A stretch of DNA of 64,000 bases, taken from assembly GCA_041752635.1 (NCBI GenBank), contig JBGSWC010000324.1:408-64407 (forward strand), given 5' to 3'. Below, in pieces: positions 1 to 10,187 of the stretch (position 1 is its first letter; each line of letters begins with the position of its first letter). The stretch is from Pirellulales bacterium (lineage in GTDB: Bacteria; Planctomycetota; Planctomycetia; Pirellulales; Lacipirellulaceae). A program made the position numbers and the translations under genes. The notes below the pieces were generated by a model. It made no database searches. It was not told where the DNA came from and was given only the letters and a program-made list of their open reading frames with translations.

Positions 1-1
1 A

Positions 2-610
2 TTGGATTTGCCAATTCCCGGCACAATTGATGCGACGAACCTGGAACTTTCGGAGTTCCCTGTCTCCCGCATCCATCGCCTTGATTTCTCAACGCTCGAT
101 GACGATCAAATCGTGCGGCTCTTCCACCAAGCCGCGGCGATTGGCGCCGTGGCGGCCATTCGACATGCCGGCCGCGAGTTGCTTGCCCGTAAGAGCGACT
201 CCCTCATCGCCGATGTGTTTGAGCATATGTTCTCGGTGGAAGATAATGCCGAACCGGCACTTCAGGTGCTTGAGCAAGCACGCGAATGGTCGCTCAAAAA
301 CAATTACTCGTGTGGGCGGTGGGATATGCTCGAATTGCAGTTCCACATTTTCGAGCAAGATTCTGCAGGCGCGTCGCGAGTCATGAACCACCTTCAGGTC
401 GAACATCGCAACGAGCCCGAAGTGATGGAACAGCTCTATCAGTTGATGGTGATGCTCGGATTAATCGAGACATCGGATTCCGCACTAGGCAGCAGTGACG
501 ATTTAGAATTCGACGATTACGCCTCGCCCCCACCAAGCGGCAGCGAGATTTGGACTCCCACTGCCGTTGATGGTGGTGGCCCGTCACAGAAGCTTTGGTT
601 GCCCGGATGA
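2..610 (+). CDS. hypothetical protein, 3' part of a gene that starts left of the window
   Basis: The frame is open from the window edge to TGA at 608-610. Composition is coding-like with an acidic C-terminal tail (SSDDLEFDDY). No motif I recognise. Confidence 0.5.
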   Translation: MDLPIPGTIDATNLELSEFPVSRIHRLDFSTLDDDQIVRLFHQAAAIGAVAAIRHAGRELLARKSDSLIADVFEHMFSVEDNAEPALQVLEQAREWSLKNNYSCGRWDMLELQFHIFEQDSAGASRVMNHLQVEHRNEPEVMEQLYQLMVMLGLIETSDSALGSSDDLEFDDYASPPPSGSEIWTPTAVDGGGPSQKLWLPG

Positions 611-676
611 GCGGCCACAACCGGTGGTCGCGACAATTCTTGATTTGATAGCCACTTAAGGATTTTGAGATTGCCG

Positions 677-1783
677 ATGCCCGCCGACCACGACCTCATG
701 GCACGCGCAATTAGGCTGGCCGAGCAGGGCAGGGGGCATGTCGAACCCAATCCAATGGTCGGCTGCCTCGTCGTCGACCCGCGCGGCGAGGTTGTCGGCG
801 AAGGCTGGCACGAGCGTTTTGGGGGGCCTCATGCCGAAGTTAACGCCCTCACCGCAGCGGGCGAACGCGCGCGTGGTGGTGCGCTTGTCGTGACACTTGA
901 GCCCTGTTGCCATACAGGCAAAACCGGACCCTGTACCCGGGCGATTATCGCCGCCGGTGTCAAACGTGTCGTCATCGGTGTCCGCGATCCCTTCCCCCAG
1001 GTCGATGGGGGAGGCATCGCCGAACTCGAGCGAGCTGGCATCGCCTGCGAAATCGGTGTGGCGGCAGCCGAGGTCAATCGGCTGCTAGCACCCTACCAAA
1101 AACTCGTTACCAGTGGTCGTCCGTGGATCATCGCCAAGTGGGCGATGACGCTCGACGGGAAAATTGCGACGCGAACCGGCAGCAGTCAATGGATCAGCAG
1201 CCCCGCCGCCCGCGAAATCGTCCACCAACTGCGTGGCCGAGTGGACGCCGTTGTCGTTGGGGCTCGGACGGCCAAGCTCGACGACCCACTTTTAACCGCG
1301 CGACCGGTCGGCCCGCGCGTCGCGACACGCGTCGTGATTGGCGATATCGATCCAGAGAGCAAGCTCGCGACGAGCCTCGATCAGGCTCCCCTCATCGTCG
1401 CAACGACCGATCTCGAAAGGCCTGAGCGCTTCGACTCGCTGGTCGAGCGTGGGGGCGAAGTCCTCTGGCTGCCGGTCGATCGGCTCCCCGATCGCGAGTC
1501 GCAACTCGATTTTGTGCTGGCCGAATTGGGCCGCCGACGCATGACCAACGTCTTGGTCGAAGGCGGCGGGCGGTTGCTGGGGACGCTGTTCGACCTCGAC
1601 GCAATCGACGAAGTACACGTATTTGTCGCCCCGAAGCTCGTCGGCGGTCGCGACGCCGTGAGCCCCATCGCGGGCGTTGGCATTGGCGACATGGGCGCTG
1701 CGTGCAATCTGGTCGACACCGAGTGGCAAGCCGTTGGTGGCGATCTCTATTTCACCGGCCAGACTAATCGCACAGTCGACTAG
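677..1783 (+). CDS. ribD: bifunctional riboflavin biosynthesis protein RibD (pyrimidine deaminase / uracil reductase)
   Basis: Deaminase zinc motifs GGPHAEVNAL and TLEPCCHTGKTGPC, followed by a RibD_C-like reductase half (WIIAKWAMTLDGKIA ... LVEGGG). The ORF opens at TTG 665; the first ATG is at 677. Confidence 0.9.
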   Translation: MPADHDLMARAIRLAEQGRGHVEPNPMVGCLVVDPRGEVVGEGWHERFGGPHAEVNALTAAGERARGGALVVTLEPCCHTGKTGPCTRAIIAAGVKRVVIGVRDPFPQVDGGGIAELERAGIACEIGVAAAEVNRLLAPYQKLVTSGRPWIIAKWAMTLDGKIATRTGSSQWISSPAAREIVHQLRGRVDAVVVGARTAKLDDPLLTARPVGPRVATRVVIGDIDPESKLATSLDQAPLIVATTDLERPERFDSLVERGGEVLWLPVDRLPDRESQLDFVLAELGRRRMTNVLVEGGGRLLGTLFDLDAIDEVHVFVAPKLVGGRDAVSPIAGVGIGDMGAACNLVDTEWQAVGGDLYFTGQTNRTVD

Positions 1784-2478
1784 GGATTGCACGTCCAAGT
1801 CCAATGTCGATCACTCGTCATTTCGACTCCGCTGGGGTCGAAGCCATTGCGCTCGACGAAATCGCGAATCTCCTCGACCGTAAATGCGGCGTGCAGCGAT
1901 TCGCGAAACATCCGCTGTGCCTCGGCCAGTTCATCACCGGCGTACTGCGACACCAGTGTTTCGAGTTGCTCGCTCGTTTCGGGACGCGCCAAGTCGCGAA
2001 AAAACACCAATGCCGATTGGGCCATTAGCCCCCGAATTGACGCAAACAGTTCGTCGGGTCGATGCAAATGATGGACGAGGCTGTTACTCATCACAATGTC
2101 GAACCGCCCCAAGCTCGGCAACGCGTTAGCACATTCGAGCCTCAACGTGATTCGCTCACGCAATCCGGCGATGTCGATATTCTGCATGGCCACGTCGAGC
2201 ATTGCCGGCGAGCCGTCGATACCGACGCAGCGGACGTCTTCGTCGCACTGGCACAGTAAAATGGGAATTTGCGCCGTCCCGGTCCCTAGGTCGACGACTT
2301 CGATGGTCGGCATGTCGGGTCCAACAAGGTCGTAGATAATGCGATTCGGGCGGTGATTCCAAGCTTTCAGAACATCGTCAACAAACAGTTGGTTAACCGC
2401 CGTGTGGGCCATCTGGTCGTACGCGACGACCTCGGCGATAGCAGTCATAAGTTCTGGTTCAGGAATTCGCGGGAGCAT
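1780..2478 (-). CDS. class I SAM-dependent methyltransferase
   Basis: SAM motif I VVDLGTGTAQ and post-I GIDGSPAML. ATG at 2478. Overlaps the ribD stop by 4 nt (convergent). Confidence 0.8.
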   Translation of the reverse strand: MLPRIPEPELMTAIAEVVAYDQMAHTAVNQLFVDDVLKAWNHRPNRIIYDLVGPDMPTIEVVDLGTGTAQIPILLCQCDEDVRCVGIDGSPAMLDVAMQNIDIAGLRERITLRLECANALPSLGRFDIVMSNSLVHHLHRPDELFASIRGLMAQSALVFFRDLARPETSEQLETLVSQYAGDELAEAQRMFRESLHAAFTVEEIRDFVERNGFDPSGVEMTSDRHWTWTCNP

Positions 2479-2931
2479 TTTGAGAGTAACCTAGCCCAAT
2501 TTGCGGCAATGCGCATGTGTCTAAAAATCAGTCGATTGCTGCCATTTAATGCACACGTTAATTGTAACAACTTGCAATATTGGCAGGTTCGCCTAACGTA
2601 TACTAGAGTAGCGGCAATTGCGAACTTTTGCGTCTTTTACCGCGTAAAACCGGTTCGCAGGGCTGTTTCGAGGGTTTGTTGACTGCCAAGTCGTTTTCTT
2701 CGTTGTAACTGGCATGGCAGTTGCTGACAAGCTAACAGGCGAGTGGCGGGTATAATGTGCAACTGGCGCGTCGCATCGGCTGATCGACTATTCCACTGAC
2801 CCACGGATAACGCATTGGTAATGCCGGGCATTGCCAAATGCTGGGGTCGCGGAAACTATTATTTTGACGGGAGGGAATCATGGAATCGGTTCTCTTGTGC
2901 GTCGGACTTCGAAGTGAAGGAGAAGTTCGTC

Positions 2932-3597
2932 ATGGTGGCAAAAAATTTCAAGGAAGGTCGTCCGCGAAAATCCAACACGGCCAAGAATCAAATTCATCGC
3001 ACCGAGGGCGAAGGCCCCCTGAGCGACGAGCAACTCTTTGCCGAGTATCGCGATACAGGAAATGAACGGCAATTTGCCGAACTTATCGGTCGCTACGAGC
3101 GCGAGCTATTCAGCTACTTGCGTCGCTATCTGGGCAATGCGGCACAGGCTGAAGACGCATTTCAGGCCACTTTCATGCAGGTCCACCTCAAGGGACACAT
3201 GTTCGACGGCAGCCGCCGCTTCCGCCCTTGGCTCTACACCATCGCGACCAATCAGGCGATCGACCTACAACGTCGCAATCGCCGACATAAGCTGGTTAGC
3301 CTCGATCGGCCCCAAGGCAGCGAAAATGCAGAGGTAGGGAGCCTGATGGATTTGCTACAAACGGGCGAATCGTCACCACTCGAACGACTCGACCTGCGCG
3401 AACGCGTCGAATGGGTCCGCGAGGCGGTCGCTTCGCTCCCCGACCAACTGGCATCGGCTGTCCAAATGATCTATTTCCGGGGTCTCAAGTACCGCGAAGC
3501 GGCCGACGAACTGTCGGTGCCGGTGGGCACCGTCAAAAGCCGACTTCACGCAGCCGTGCAACGGCTAGGCGACGCCTGGCGTGACGATCAAGGTTGA
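2932..3597 (+). CDS. ECF-type RNA polymerase sigma-70 factor
   Basis: Region 2 (FAELIGRYERELFSYLRRYLG..AEDAFQATF..WLYTIATNQAIDLQRR) and region 4 HTH (YREAADELSVPVGTVKSRLHAAVQRL). ATG 2932 is preceded by AAGGAG at 2917-2922. The ORF is open upstream to 2815. Confidence 0.85.
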   Translation: MVAKNFKEGRPRKSNTAKNQIHRTEGEGPLSDEQLFAEYRDTGNERQFAELIGRYERELFSYLRRYLGNAAQAEDAFQATFMQVHLKGHMFDGSRRFRPWLYTIATNQAIDLQRRNRRHKLVSLDRPQGSENAEVGSLMDLLQTGESSPLERLDLRERVEWVREAVASLPDQLASAVQMIYFRGLKYREAADELSVPVGTVKSRLHAAVQRLGDAWRDDQG

Positions 3598-3755
3598 AAA
3601 CCTGTCATTTTTTTGTGTGAACGCACGGGGAATGCGGTGCGTAGCAATAAAAGATGGTACAATGCGAGGGTCTTGTCCAAAGTGGGCGAGACCCTTTCTT
3701 CGCATTGTTTCTTGGCACTGTGATCGACTGACCTGTGGTGAAGTAGAACCAACCG

Positions 3756-4880
3756 ATGCGCGAAGACCTACTCTGTTACGCACTCGGAGAACTCGACGAC
3801 GAATCACGTCGCCAGGTTGAGGCTGAGCTCGAGCGAAATCCGGAGCTTCGAGAAGAGCTAGCCGAGTTGCGTCGCTGTCTCGACGATCTCGACGCCGATT
3901 CTGGCGATTCGAGCCCTAACGATCAGCGTTGTCCCGGTAACCTGGCTGGTCGCACTGCTAAACAAATTTTGGCCGTTTGCGGCGACTCGTCTGATTCTCT
4001 TGCCGACGAAACTGAAAAAGGCAATGCCCGCGCCGCGAGGCCACGCTCGGGTGGTATCGCGGGTCTCGTTTGCCGCACCCCCATTTCGTTGGTCGATTCG
4101 ATGGTTGCCGTTGGCGTGATGATGGTCATGGCATCACTTGTGCTGCCGGCGCTAAATTCGAGCCGCAGCATGTCGAATCGTTTGGTTTGTCAAAACAACA
4201 TGAGCGAGTTGGGCCGGTATCTGTTGTTGTTTGCCAACGACAACAATGGCTACTTTCCAGCGATTGGCCCCGACGACAACGCGGGGTCATTCTCGATGCA
4301 GCTTACTCATGTGGGACTCATCGATCGCGGAGAGCTACAGCAGTTGCTCAATTGTCCCGGCGGCCGAAAATCGACGCTGTGCGGCCAAGCGGGTCTGACC
4401 GTCTACGTGCCGACCGAAGAAGAGCTCGCCCACGCGAACCCCGTGCAGCAGGCGAAACTTCGAGCGCAGATGGGGGGATTTTTGGGTTATCGCATTGGCT
4501 ACTTGAGCAACGGCGAGTATCACGCCGTTCGCAATCGCTGCCACGGTCGATTGGCAGTACTCGGCGACGCGCCGCGAATGGCAGCCGACGGATATCACAG
4601 CACCAACCACGAAGGCGGCCAAAATGTCTTTTGGCAAGATGGTTCGGTCACTTACGAGCCTTGCACATTGATATCGTGTATCAACGATCACCTCTACTTG
4701 AATAAAGACGGCTTACCGTCGGCAGGCCTCGATTGGCGCGACGCCGTGTTGGCAGCGAGCCACGCCACGCCGGGCGTTCCCGATGAGACTCAGCCCTCGG
4801 CGACTTGCGTTCGGCTGACGCTTAAACTTTTTTGGCTTAAGCGACCGGCAGACGAAATTATTCCGCCATCAGCCGAGTAG
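3756..4880 (+). CDS. anti-sigma-like N-terminal domain fused to a DUF1559 / H-X9-DG pseudopilin-type domain
   Basis: The N-terminus LLCYALGELDDESRRQVEAELERNPELREELAELRRCL follows the anti-sigma pattern. One TM segment (ISLVDSMVAVGVMMVMASLVLPAL..RLVCQNNMSELG) mirrors the prepilin-like head of DUF1559 proteins. C-terminal HEGGQNVFWQDGSV matches H-X9-DG. The gene lies 158 nt downstream of the ECF sigma gene. Confidence 0.75.
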   Translation: MREDLLCYALGELDDESRRQVEAELERNPELREELAELRRCLDDLDADSGDSSPNDQRCPGNLAGRTAKQILAVCGDSSDSLADETEKGNARAARPRSGGIAGLVCRTPISLVDSMVAVGVMMVMASLVLPALNSSRSMSNRLVCQNNMSELGRYLLLFANDNNGYFPAIGPDDNAGSFSMQLTHVGLIDRGELQQLLNCPGGRKSTLCGQAGLTVYVPTEEELAHANPVQQAKLRAQMGGFLGYRIGYLSNGEYHAVRNRCHGRLAVLGDAPRMAADGYHSTNHEGGQNVFWQDGSVTYEPCTLISCINDHLYLNKDGLPSAGLDWRDAVLAASHATPGVPDETQPSATCVRLTLKLFWLKRPADEIIPPSAE

Positions 4881-5774
4881 CTCGTTCAGTGCCGTTTCGA
4901 TCTCGCGGAATTGGAATTTAAAGCCCGACTCCAATAATCGCTTTGGCACGACACGCTGACCAGCCAACAACATTTCGTCAGCCATCTCCCCCATCGCCAG
5001 CCGCGCTGCGAAAGCCGGCACTTTCAGTACCGTCGGTCGCCCAAGCGCGGCGCCGAGTGCTTTGGTGAAGTGCTGATTGGTGACCGGAGCCGGCGCGGTA
5101 CAGTTGACGGTTTCGTGCATGTCGTCGTGGTCGACGATGTGCCGAATGGCGCCGACGAGATCGCTGAGGACGATCCAGCTCATGTACTGCTGGCCACTCC
5201 CCACGGCACCGCCGGCCCCCATGCGAAACAATGGCAGCAACTTTCCTAAAATTCCACCGGCTGGCGATAGAACGAGCCCAATGCGGGCCTGACAGACGCG
5301 AACTCCAGCCTCCCATGCCGGTTCGCACGCGGCTTCCCACTCGCGGCATACATCCGCGAGAAATCCGTCGCCCGCTGGTGAATCTTCGTCGACAATTTCG
5401 TCACCGCGATTACCGTAAAATCCGATCGCTGAAGCACTGCAAAACACCGCTGGTTTCTCGTCGAGCGAGGCGACCGCGTTCGCCAGCAAGGAAGTTCCCC
5501 TGGTGCGGCTTTCACGGATTTTTCGTTTCACTTCGTCATTCCACCGCTGTGCGACACTTTCGCCCGCGAGATGCACCACCGCCCGGACCCCCGCGAGACG
5601 CGACGCATCGAGCTTTCCTTCGCGCGGCGACCAACCAATGTCGCCCCTCTCGGCACGTGGACTTCGCGTAATGCGGCGTACCTGCCAACCATCAGCAATA
5701 AAACTGTCTGCCAGCGCGGGACCAACGAGCCCTGTGGCTCCGGAGATAGCGACGATCGGCGGGGTGGATTCCAT
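4869..5774 (-). CDS. TIGR01777/YfcH-like NAD-dependent epimerase family protein (SDR fold plus DUF1731-like C-terminus)
   Basis: MESTPPIVAISGATGLVG Rossmann start; overall YfcH-like pattern (FCSASAIGFYG, GSGQQYMSWI). The ORF is open up to 6161, but that extension would overlap the divergent channel gene. ATG at 5774. Confidence 0.75.
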   Translation of the reverse strand: MESTPPIVAISGATGLVGPALADSFIADGWQVRRITRSPRAERGDIGWSPREGKLDASRLAGVRAVVHLAGESVAQRWNDEVKRKIRESRTRGTSLLANAVASLDEKPAVFCSASAIGFYGNRGDEIVDEDSPAGDGFLADVCREWEAACEPAWEAGVRVCQARIGLVLSPAGGILGKLLPLFRMGAGGAVGSGQQYMSWIVLSDLVGAIRHIVDHDDMHETVNCTAPAPVTNQHFTKALGAALGRPTVLKVPAFAARLAMGEMADEMLLAGQRVVPKRLLESGFKFQFREIETALNELLG

Positions 5775-5909
5775 GAATTTTCTATCGTTAGTTGAGCTTC
5801 GACTGATGGTTACGAACATCTTCGCTAAATCAGGCCTTGTAGAAATCCCCCAAAGCGGCGCTAATGGGGCCTCGTCGTTCGCCAGACTCTTCCCAAAATA
5901 AGCAAATCG

Positions 5910-8900
5910 ATGGATCGAACCACACTTCTCAGCCTCTGGCTGCTGAGCTGCTTGCCGTTTTTCGCACAGGCACAGACGCCCGAAAACACGCTGCGGGCGA
6001 CTCCCCCTGACAATGGTAACCCGCCATTGGTCGACGACGAGGCCCCCCGCGTCGAACCCGAGCGACAACGGCTCAAGAAAGAAGAAATCAACGCACGGAT
6101 TACCCGCGCCGAGCAGCTTGCCCAAGATATTCGACCGCAAGTGACAGAGTTGCTGCAGCAAGCATTACTGGCGGCCACCGAGATCGAAAATCAATCGGCT
6201 CGTGCGATCGAATGGACCGAGAAGAAATCGAAGCTCAAAACGGTTGACGAATACAAAGCAAAAATCGAGCGGACCCCCGAGCAACTTCGCAAAGAAACTC
6301 TCGACCCGCACGATCTAACGGACATCGAGCGCGGTCCGATCGAGCAACTCGAACAGAAAATTGTTGACTGGACAAAGTTGGTCGCCGATCGCCGCGCCCA
6401 GATTAGCGAATCCGCAGCGATACCCGAACGGCGACGAATACGCACGGCCGAGATTCCGCCGCTTATTGCCGAACAAGAAACCGCGAAGGCCGAGGCGATT
6501 GCCAAGATCGAAGAATTGACGGGCGTCGGTGCGCCTTCGGAACTGGAAAGCGCGCGCCGCGTGTTGCTTGAACAACAGATCGAACAATACACGGCAACGC
6601 TCCGCGCGCTCAATGCCGAACTTGCCTATTACCAGGCAACAATGAATCTGATTCCGCTGATCAAACAAGACCAAGAGATGCGGTTAAAAGTCCGCGAGCA
6701 GGCGCTCGAAGAGTTGCGACAAGCTGTCAACGAACGGCAACGACGCGATGCCGAGCAACGGGCAAGGCAGGCACAAAATCAAGCGCAGTCACAGGTGATC
6801 TCGCGGATTCCAGTGCTCAAAGAAATTGCCGACTACAACCAAAGGCTGACCGAAGAGAAGCTCAGATTGCTCGAATTAGACAAGCTAGCGGCCGACGAGG
6901 CGGAACGCGACCTGAAGCGAACCGCCGAGCTAGAAAGCGACCTGAAAACTGTGCGTCAGCGCATCGAAGCGAGCGAGAGCCTCTCGCAAGCTGGCGGCCA
7001 ATTGCTCCGCGATCAACGTGCCCGGCTACCAAGCCTTACGGCGCTCAACCGTGAAATCATTGAGCGACAATCCGAACAAACCGAGGTTCAGTTTCGCAAC
7101 TACACGGTAATCGATCGGCGCGACGAACTCGACGATTTCGACACGGCGGTGGCCGAGACGTTGGCCAAGGTCCCGGCGCCCGATCGCGCCGAAGCCGAGC
7201 TGTTGTTGCAATCGCTGCTCAAGAATCAGCAGAGTTACCTCGACGAGCTGACAACGGGCTACGAAAACTACAGCCAGGAACTCGGCGTTGTGATCGCCAA
7301 CAAAGAATCGTTGCAACGGGTGACGACAGAAATCAGCGACTTTATCGCCGAACGCGACCTGTGGATTCGCAGTTGCCAGCCACTTGGCATGGGAAGCTCT
7401 GGCACGGCGGCCGCTGCCGACGCAAAAAGCCCACTGCTCCGCGATATCGAGCTTGCTGTCGACGGCGCGCTCTGGACGTTTGACCCGCGCAACTGGATTG
7501 CAGTCGGGTTCGACTTGCGAATGTCGGTCATTCGGCGACCACTTGCCAGCCTTATTTTCGCGATTGCTATCGCCAGCTTGCTGTTTGTCCAGCGCCGCGC
7601 ACGGTTCGAGTTGTTGGCGATCGGAGAGGCGGCGGCCAAACGAAGCACAATTGAGTTCATGCCTTCCATTCGCGCCGCCTGGCTCACCTTGATCGCGGCG
7701 CTACCTTGGCCGTTGCTGCTGTGGAGCATGGGCTGGTTGCTCGATAGCCCACTCGTCGAATCGGAATTCACTCGCTCAATTTCAGTCGGCTGCCGATTCT
7801 GCGGGGCGTTGCTTTTTCTTTCTGAATTCCTTCGGCAAAGTTATCGCAATGGCGGACTAGCCGATGCTCATTTCGATTGGCCCGATGCATGCACGGCACA
7901 GGCACGACGCTATCTGCGTATGGTGCCATTCGTGCTGCTTCCTTTGGTGTTGTGGATCGTGGGTCTTGAATCGCAAACAATTCAACCGCTTTGGGCTTCA
8001 TCATTGGGCCGCGTGCTGTTCATTGTTGTAATGGTATTGGTTTCTTATGCGCTCTGGCGAATCTTCCTCAACAAAGGGAGTCCGCTGTTGCAAATTATCC
8101 GACGTGGGCAAAACGGGCTGCTGATGAGTTTGCACCGCGTCTGGCGACCGTTGCTCGTGGCGCTGCCAATCGCTTTGGCGGGTTTGGCGGCGGCTGGGTA
8201 CTACTACACGGCGCAGCAACTGACACTGAAACTGCTAGAAACAGCGGCACTCGTCGCCGGTCTCATGTTGCTCGGTGGTTTGCTGCAACGCTGGGTGCTG
8301 CTCAGTCGACGCAAACTGGGACGCGAACAAGCTCGCCAGAAGCGAGCCGCAGCTCAAGCGGCGGCTCAGGCCGCTGTCGAAGCCGCAAAAAAGGCGGGCG
8401 AATCGACCCCACCCCTTACCGAATTGCCAGACGAACCCGTCGATCTTAGCGCACTGACAGAACAAACTCACAAGCTCATCACGACAACGTTGCAATTTGT
8501 CGGCATCATCGCGGTATTTGTGATCTGGCAAGACGTGGTTCCCGCGCTGACGCGGCTCGACGATCAAGCGCTGCCGCTCTTTAACGCCGATGTCGACAAC
8601 CCCATGACCTGGGGCCGCTTGCTGCGATTTTTTGTCGCGGTGGCCGTTACATTTGCCGTTGTCCGCGACTTGCCCAGCGTGTTGGAACTCGCCGTTCTCC
8701 AGAAGCTACCAATCGACCAGGGGGCTCGCTATGCGATTTCGGCCTTGGTTCGCTATGCACTCCTCGCGATCGGCATTGTCGCATCGGCGGCCGCCATTGG
8801 CATCACGACGACCAGCATCAGTTGGCTGGTGGCCGCCCTGAGCGTGGGTCTTGGTTTTGGTTTGCAAGAGATTTTCGCTAACTTTGTGTCGGGTGTTATT

Positions 8901-9446
8901 CTGTTGTTCGAGCGGCCAATTCGTGTTGGCGACATAATCACCCTTGGCAACACGACGGGCGTCGTCTCGCGGATTCGCATCCGCGCGACTACCATCGTCG
9001 ACTGGGATCGCAAAGAATACATCGTCCCCAACAAAGACCTCGTCACCGAACGACTTTTGAACTGGACCCTCACCGACCAAACCAACCGCATTGTCATCGA
9101 AGTGGGGGTCGCCTATGGCAGCGACACCGATCTGGCGATTCGCCTGCTCCGCGAAATTTGTAGCGACCATCCGATCGTACTCGCCGACCCCGCCCCGCTC
9201 ACAACTTTCGAAGGCTTCGGCGACAGCACCCTCAATCTGGTGTTGCGATGCTACCTGCCAACGCTCGAACATCGTCTGCAAACAATCCACGAACTCCACA
9301 CAGCCATCGATAAGAAGTTCCGTCAACACAACATCGAGATCGCCTTTCCGCAGCAAGACCTTCATGTGCGTAGCGTTCCCGAGGGGTGGCTAAGGCCCAA
9401 TGATCAGACCAACAACACTCACTCAGAATCGGTCGCTGATAACTGA
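5910..9446 (+). CDS. large mechanosensitive ion channel, MscK/KefA-like (MscS family)
   Basis: Signal peptide MDRTTLLSLWLLSCLPFFAQA, about 480 aa of coiled-coil-like Q/E/R-rich periplasmic region, then multiple TM helices. C-terminal MscS core: FANFVSGVILLFERPIRVGDIITLGNTTGVVSRIRIRATTI. Confidence 0.85.
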   Translation: MDRTTLLSLWLLSCLPFFAQAQTPENTLRATPPDNGNPPLVDDEAPRVEPERQRLKKEEINARITRAEQLAQDIRPQVTELLQQALLAATEIENQSARAIEWTEKKSKLKTVDEYKAKIERTPEQLRKETLDPHDLTDIERGPIEQLEQKIVDWTKLVADRRAQISESAAIPERRRIRTAEIPPLIAEQETAKAEAIAKIEELTGVGAPSELESARRVLLEQQIEQYTATLRALNAELAYYQATMNLIPLIKQDQEMRLKVREQALEELRQAVNERQRRDAEQRARQAQNQAQSQVISRIPVLKEIADYNQRLTEEKLRLLELDKLAADEAERDLKRTAELESDLKTVRQRIEASESLSQAGGQLLRDQRARLPSLTALNREIIERQSEQTEVQFRNYTVIDRRDELDDFDTAVAETLAKVPAPDRAEAELLLQSLLKNQQSYLDELTTGYENYSQELGVVIANKESLQRVTTEISDFIAERDLWIRSCQPLGMGSSGTAAAADAKSPLLRDIELAVDGALWTFDPRNWIAVGFDLRMSVIRRPLASLIFAIAIASLLFVQRRARFELLAIGEAAAKRSTIEFMPSIRAAWLTLIAALPWPLLLWSMGWLLDSPLVESEFTRSISVGCRFCGALLFLSEFLRQSYRNGGLADAHFDWPDACTAQARRYLRMVPFVLLPLVLWIVGLESQTIQPLWASSLGRVLFIVVMVLVSYALWRIFLNKGSPLLQIIRRGQNGLLMSLHRVWRPLLVALPIALAGLAAAGYYYTAQQLTLKLLETAALVAGLMLLGGLLQRWVLLSRRKLGREQARQKRAAAQAAAQAAVEAAKKAGESTPPLTELPDEPVDLSALTEQTHKLITTTLQFVGIIAVFVIWQDVVPALTRLDDQALPLFNADVDNPMTWGRLLRFFVAVAVTFAVVRDLPSVLELAVLQKLPIDQGARYAISALVRYALLAIGIVASAAAIGITTTSISWLVAALSVGLGFGLQEIFANFVSGVILLFERPIRVGDIITLGNTTGVVSRIRIRATTIVDWDRKEYIVPNKDLVTERLLNWTLTDQTNRIVIEVGVAYGSDTDLAIRLLREICSDHPIVLADPAPLTTFEGFGDSTLNLVLRCYLPTLEHRLQTIHELHTAIDKKFRQHNIEIAFPQQDLHVRSVPEGWLRPNDQTNNTHSESVADN

Positions 9447-9505
9447 CTCGACGACTAGATACGCGGGATTGACGACCAACTCGCGGACAACAGATTGATG
9501 AACTC

Positions 9506-10048
9506 GTGAACATCGTTGAACTTCATAAAGGCAAGCACCTTTCTCTTGTCGCCACCGGGACGTGGGAATTTGCCACTCGCAACACCAGCCGACCGGCAGT
9601 CGGTATCGTGGCGATTACCGACGACGGCAACGTCGTGCTCGTCGAGCAATTTCGCCCGCCCGTCGGTCGCACTGTCGTCGAACTTCCCGCCGGGCTCTGT
9701 GGCGACATCGCTGGCAGCGAGAACGAACCTCTGGTTGTCGCCGCCCAGCGCGAGCTGTTCGAAGAAACGGGGTACGTCGCTATTCGCTGGACCGAGCTCG
9801 GCGTCGGTTATTCATCTCCTGGACTCACTGACGAAGCAATCGTTTTGTTTCTGGCCGAGGGGCTGCAAAAAACGGGGGAGGGTGGCGGCGACGATTCAGA
9901 AAATATCACGCTCTACGAAGTGCCGCTCGACCGCGTCATCGAATGGCTCAACGATCGCGGTGCCGCGGCTGATCTGAAATTGCTAGCGGGGTTGTATGCG
10001 GCCGAACGACATTTGGTGACGAGGCACGCGAACCAGCTTCAGAGTTGA
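9506..10048 (+). CDS. NUDIX hydrolase (ADP-ribose pyrophosphatase-like)
   Basis: Nudix box GLCGDIAGSENEPLVVAAQRELFEETGY. GTG start at 9506. Confidence 0.8.
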   Translation: MNIVELHKGKHLSLVATGTWEFATRNTSRPAVGIVAITDDGNVVLVEQFRPPVGRTVVELPAGLCGDIAGSENEPLVVAAQRELFEETGYVAIRWTELGVGYSSPGLTDEAIVLFLAEGLQKTGEGGGDDSENITLYEVPLDRVIEWLNDRGAAADLKLLAGLYAAERHLVTRHANQLQS

Positions 10049-10187
10049 TTGAAAAATGCAAAATAGCAAATGCAGAATGCTTTGGGGGATCGCGTTGCTT
10101 CGAATTCCATTTTCATTTTGCACTTACCCAAATGTCATCGCAGTTTCTTCGGCGACTCAGTGGTAAACTTCCGCTGATTGGATCGTC

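Noticed and set aside
3667-3700. Hairpin AGGGTCT/AGACCCT plus a T-rich tail between the sigma and anti-sigma genes
   Set aside because: The stem is only 7 bp, the loop is 15 nt, and the T tract is interrupted. It is too weak to call, and a terminator would be unexpected between the cognate pair.
5775-6161. 129-codon upstream extension of the epimerase ORF
   Set aside because: It would overlap the divergent channel gene start, and the sequence is not protein-like. The family normally starts right at the GATG Rossmann motif (ATG 5774).
8706-9365. 219-aa ORF on the minus strand inside the channel gene
   Set aside because: It is an antisense shadow of the MscS core region.
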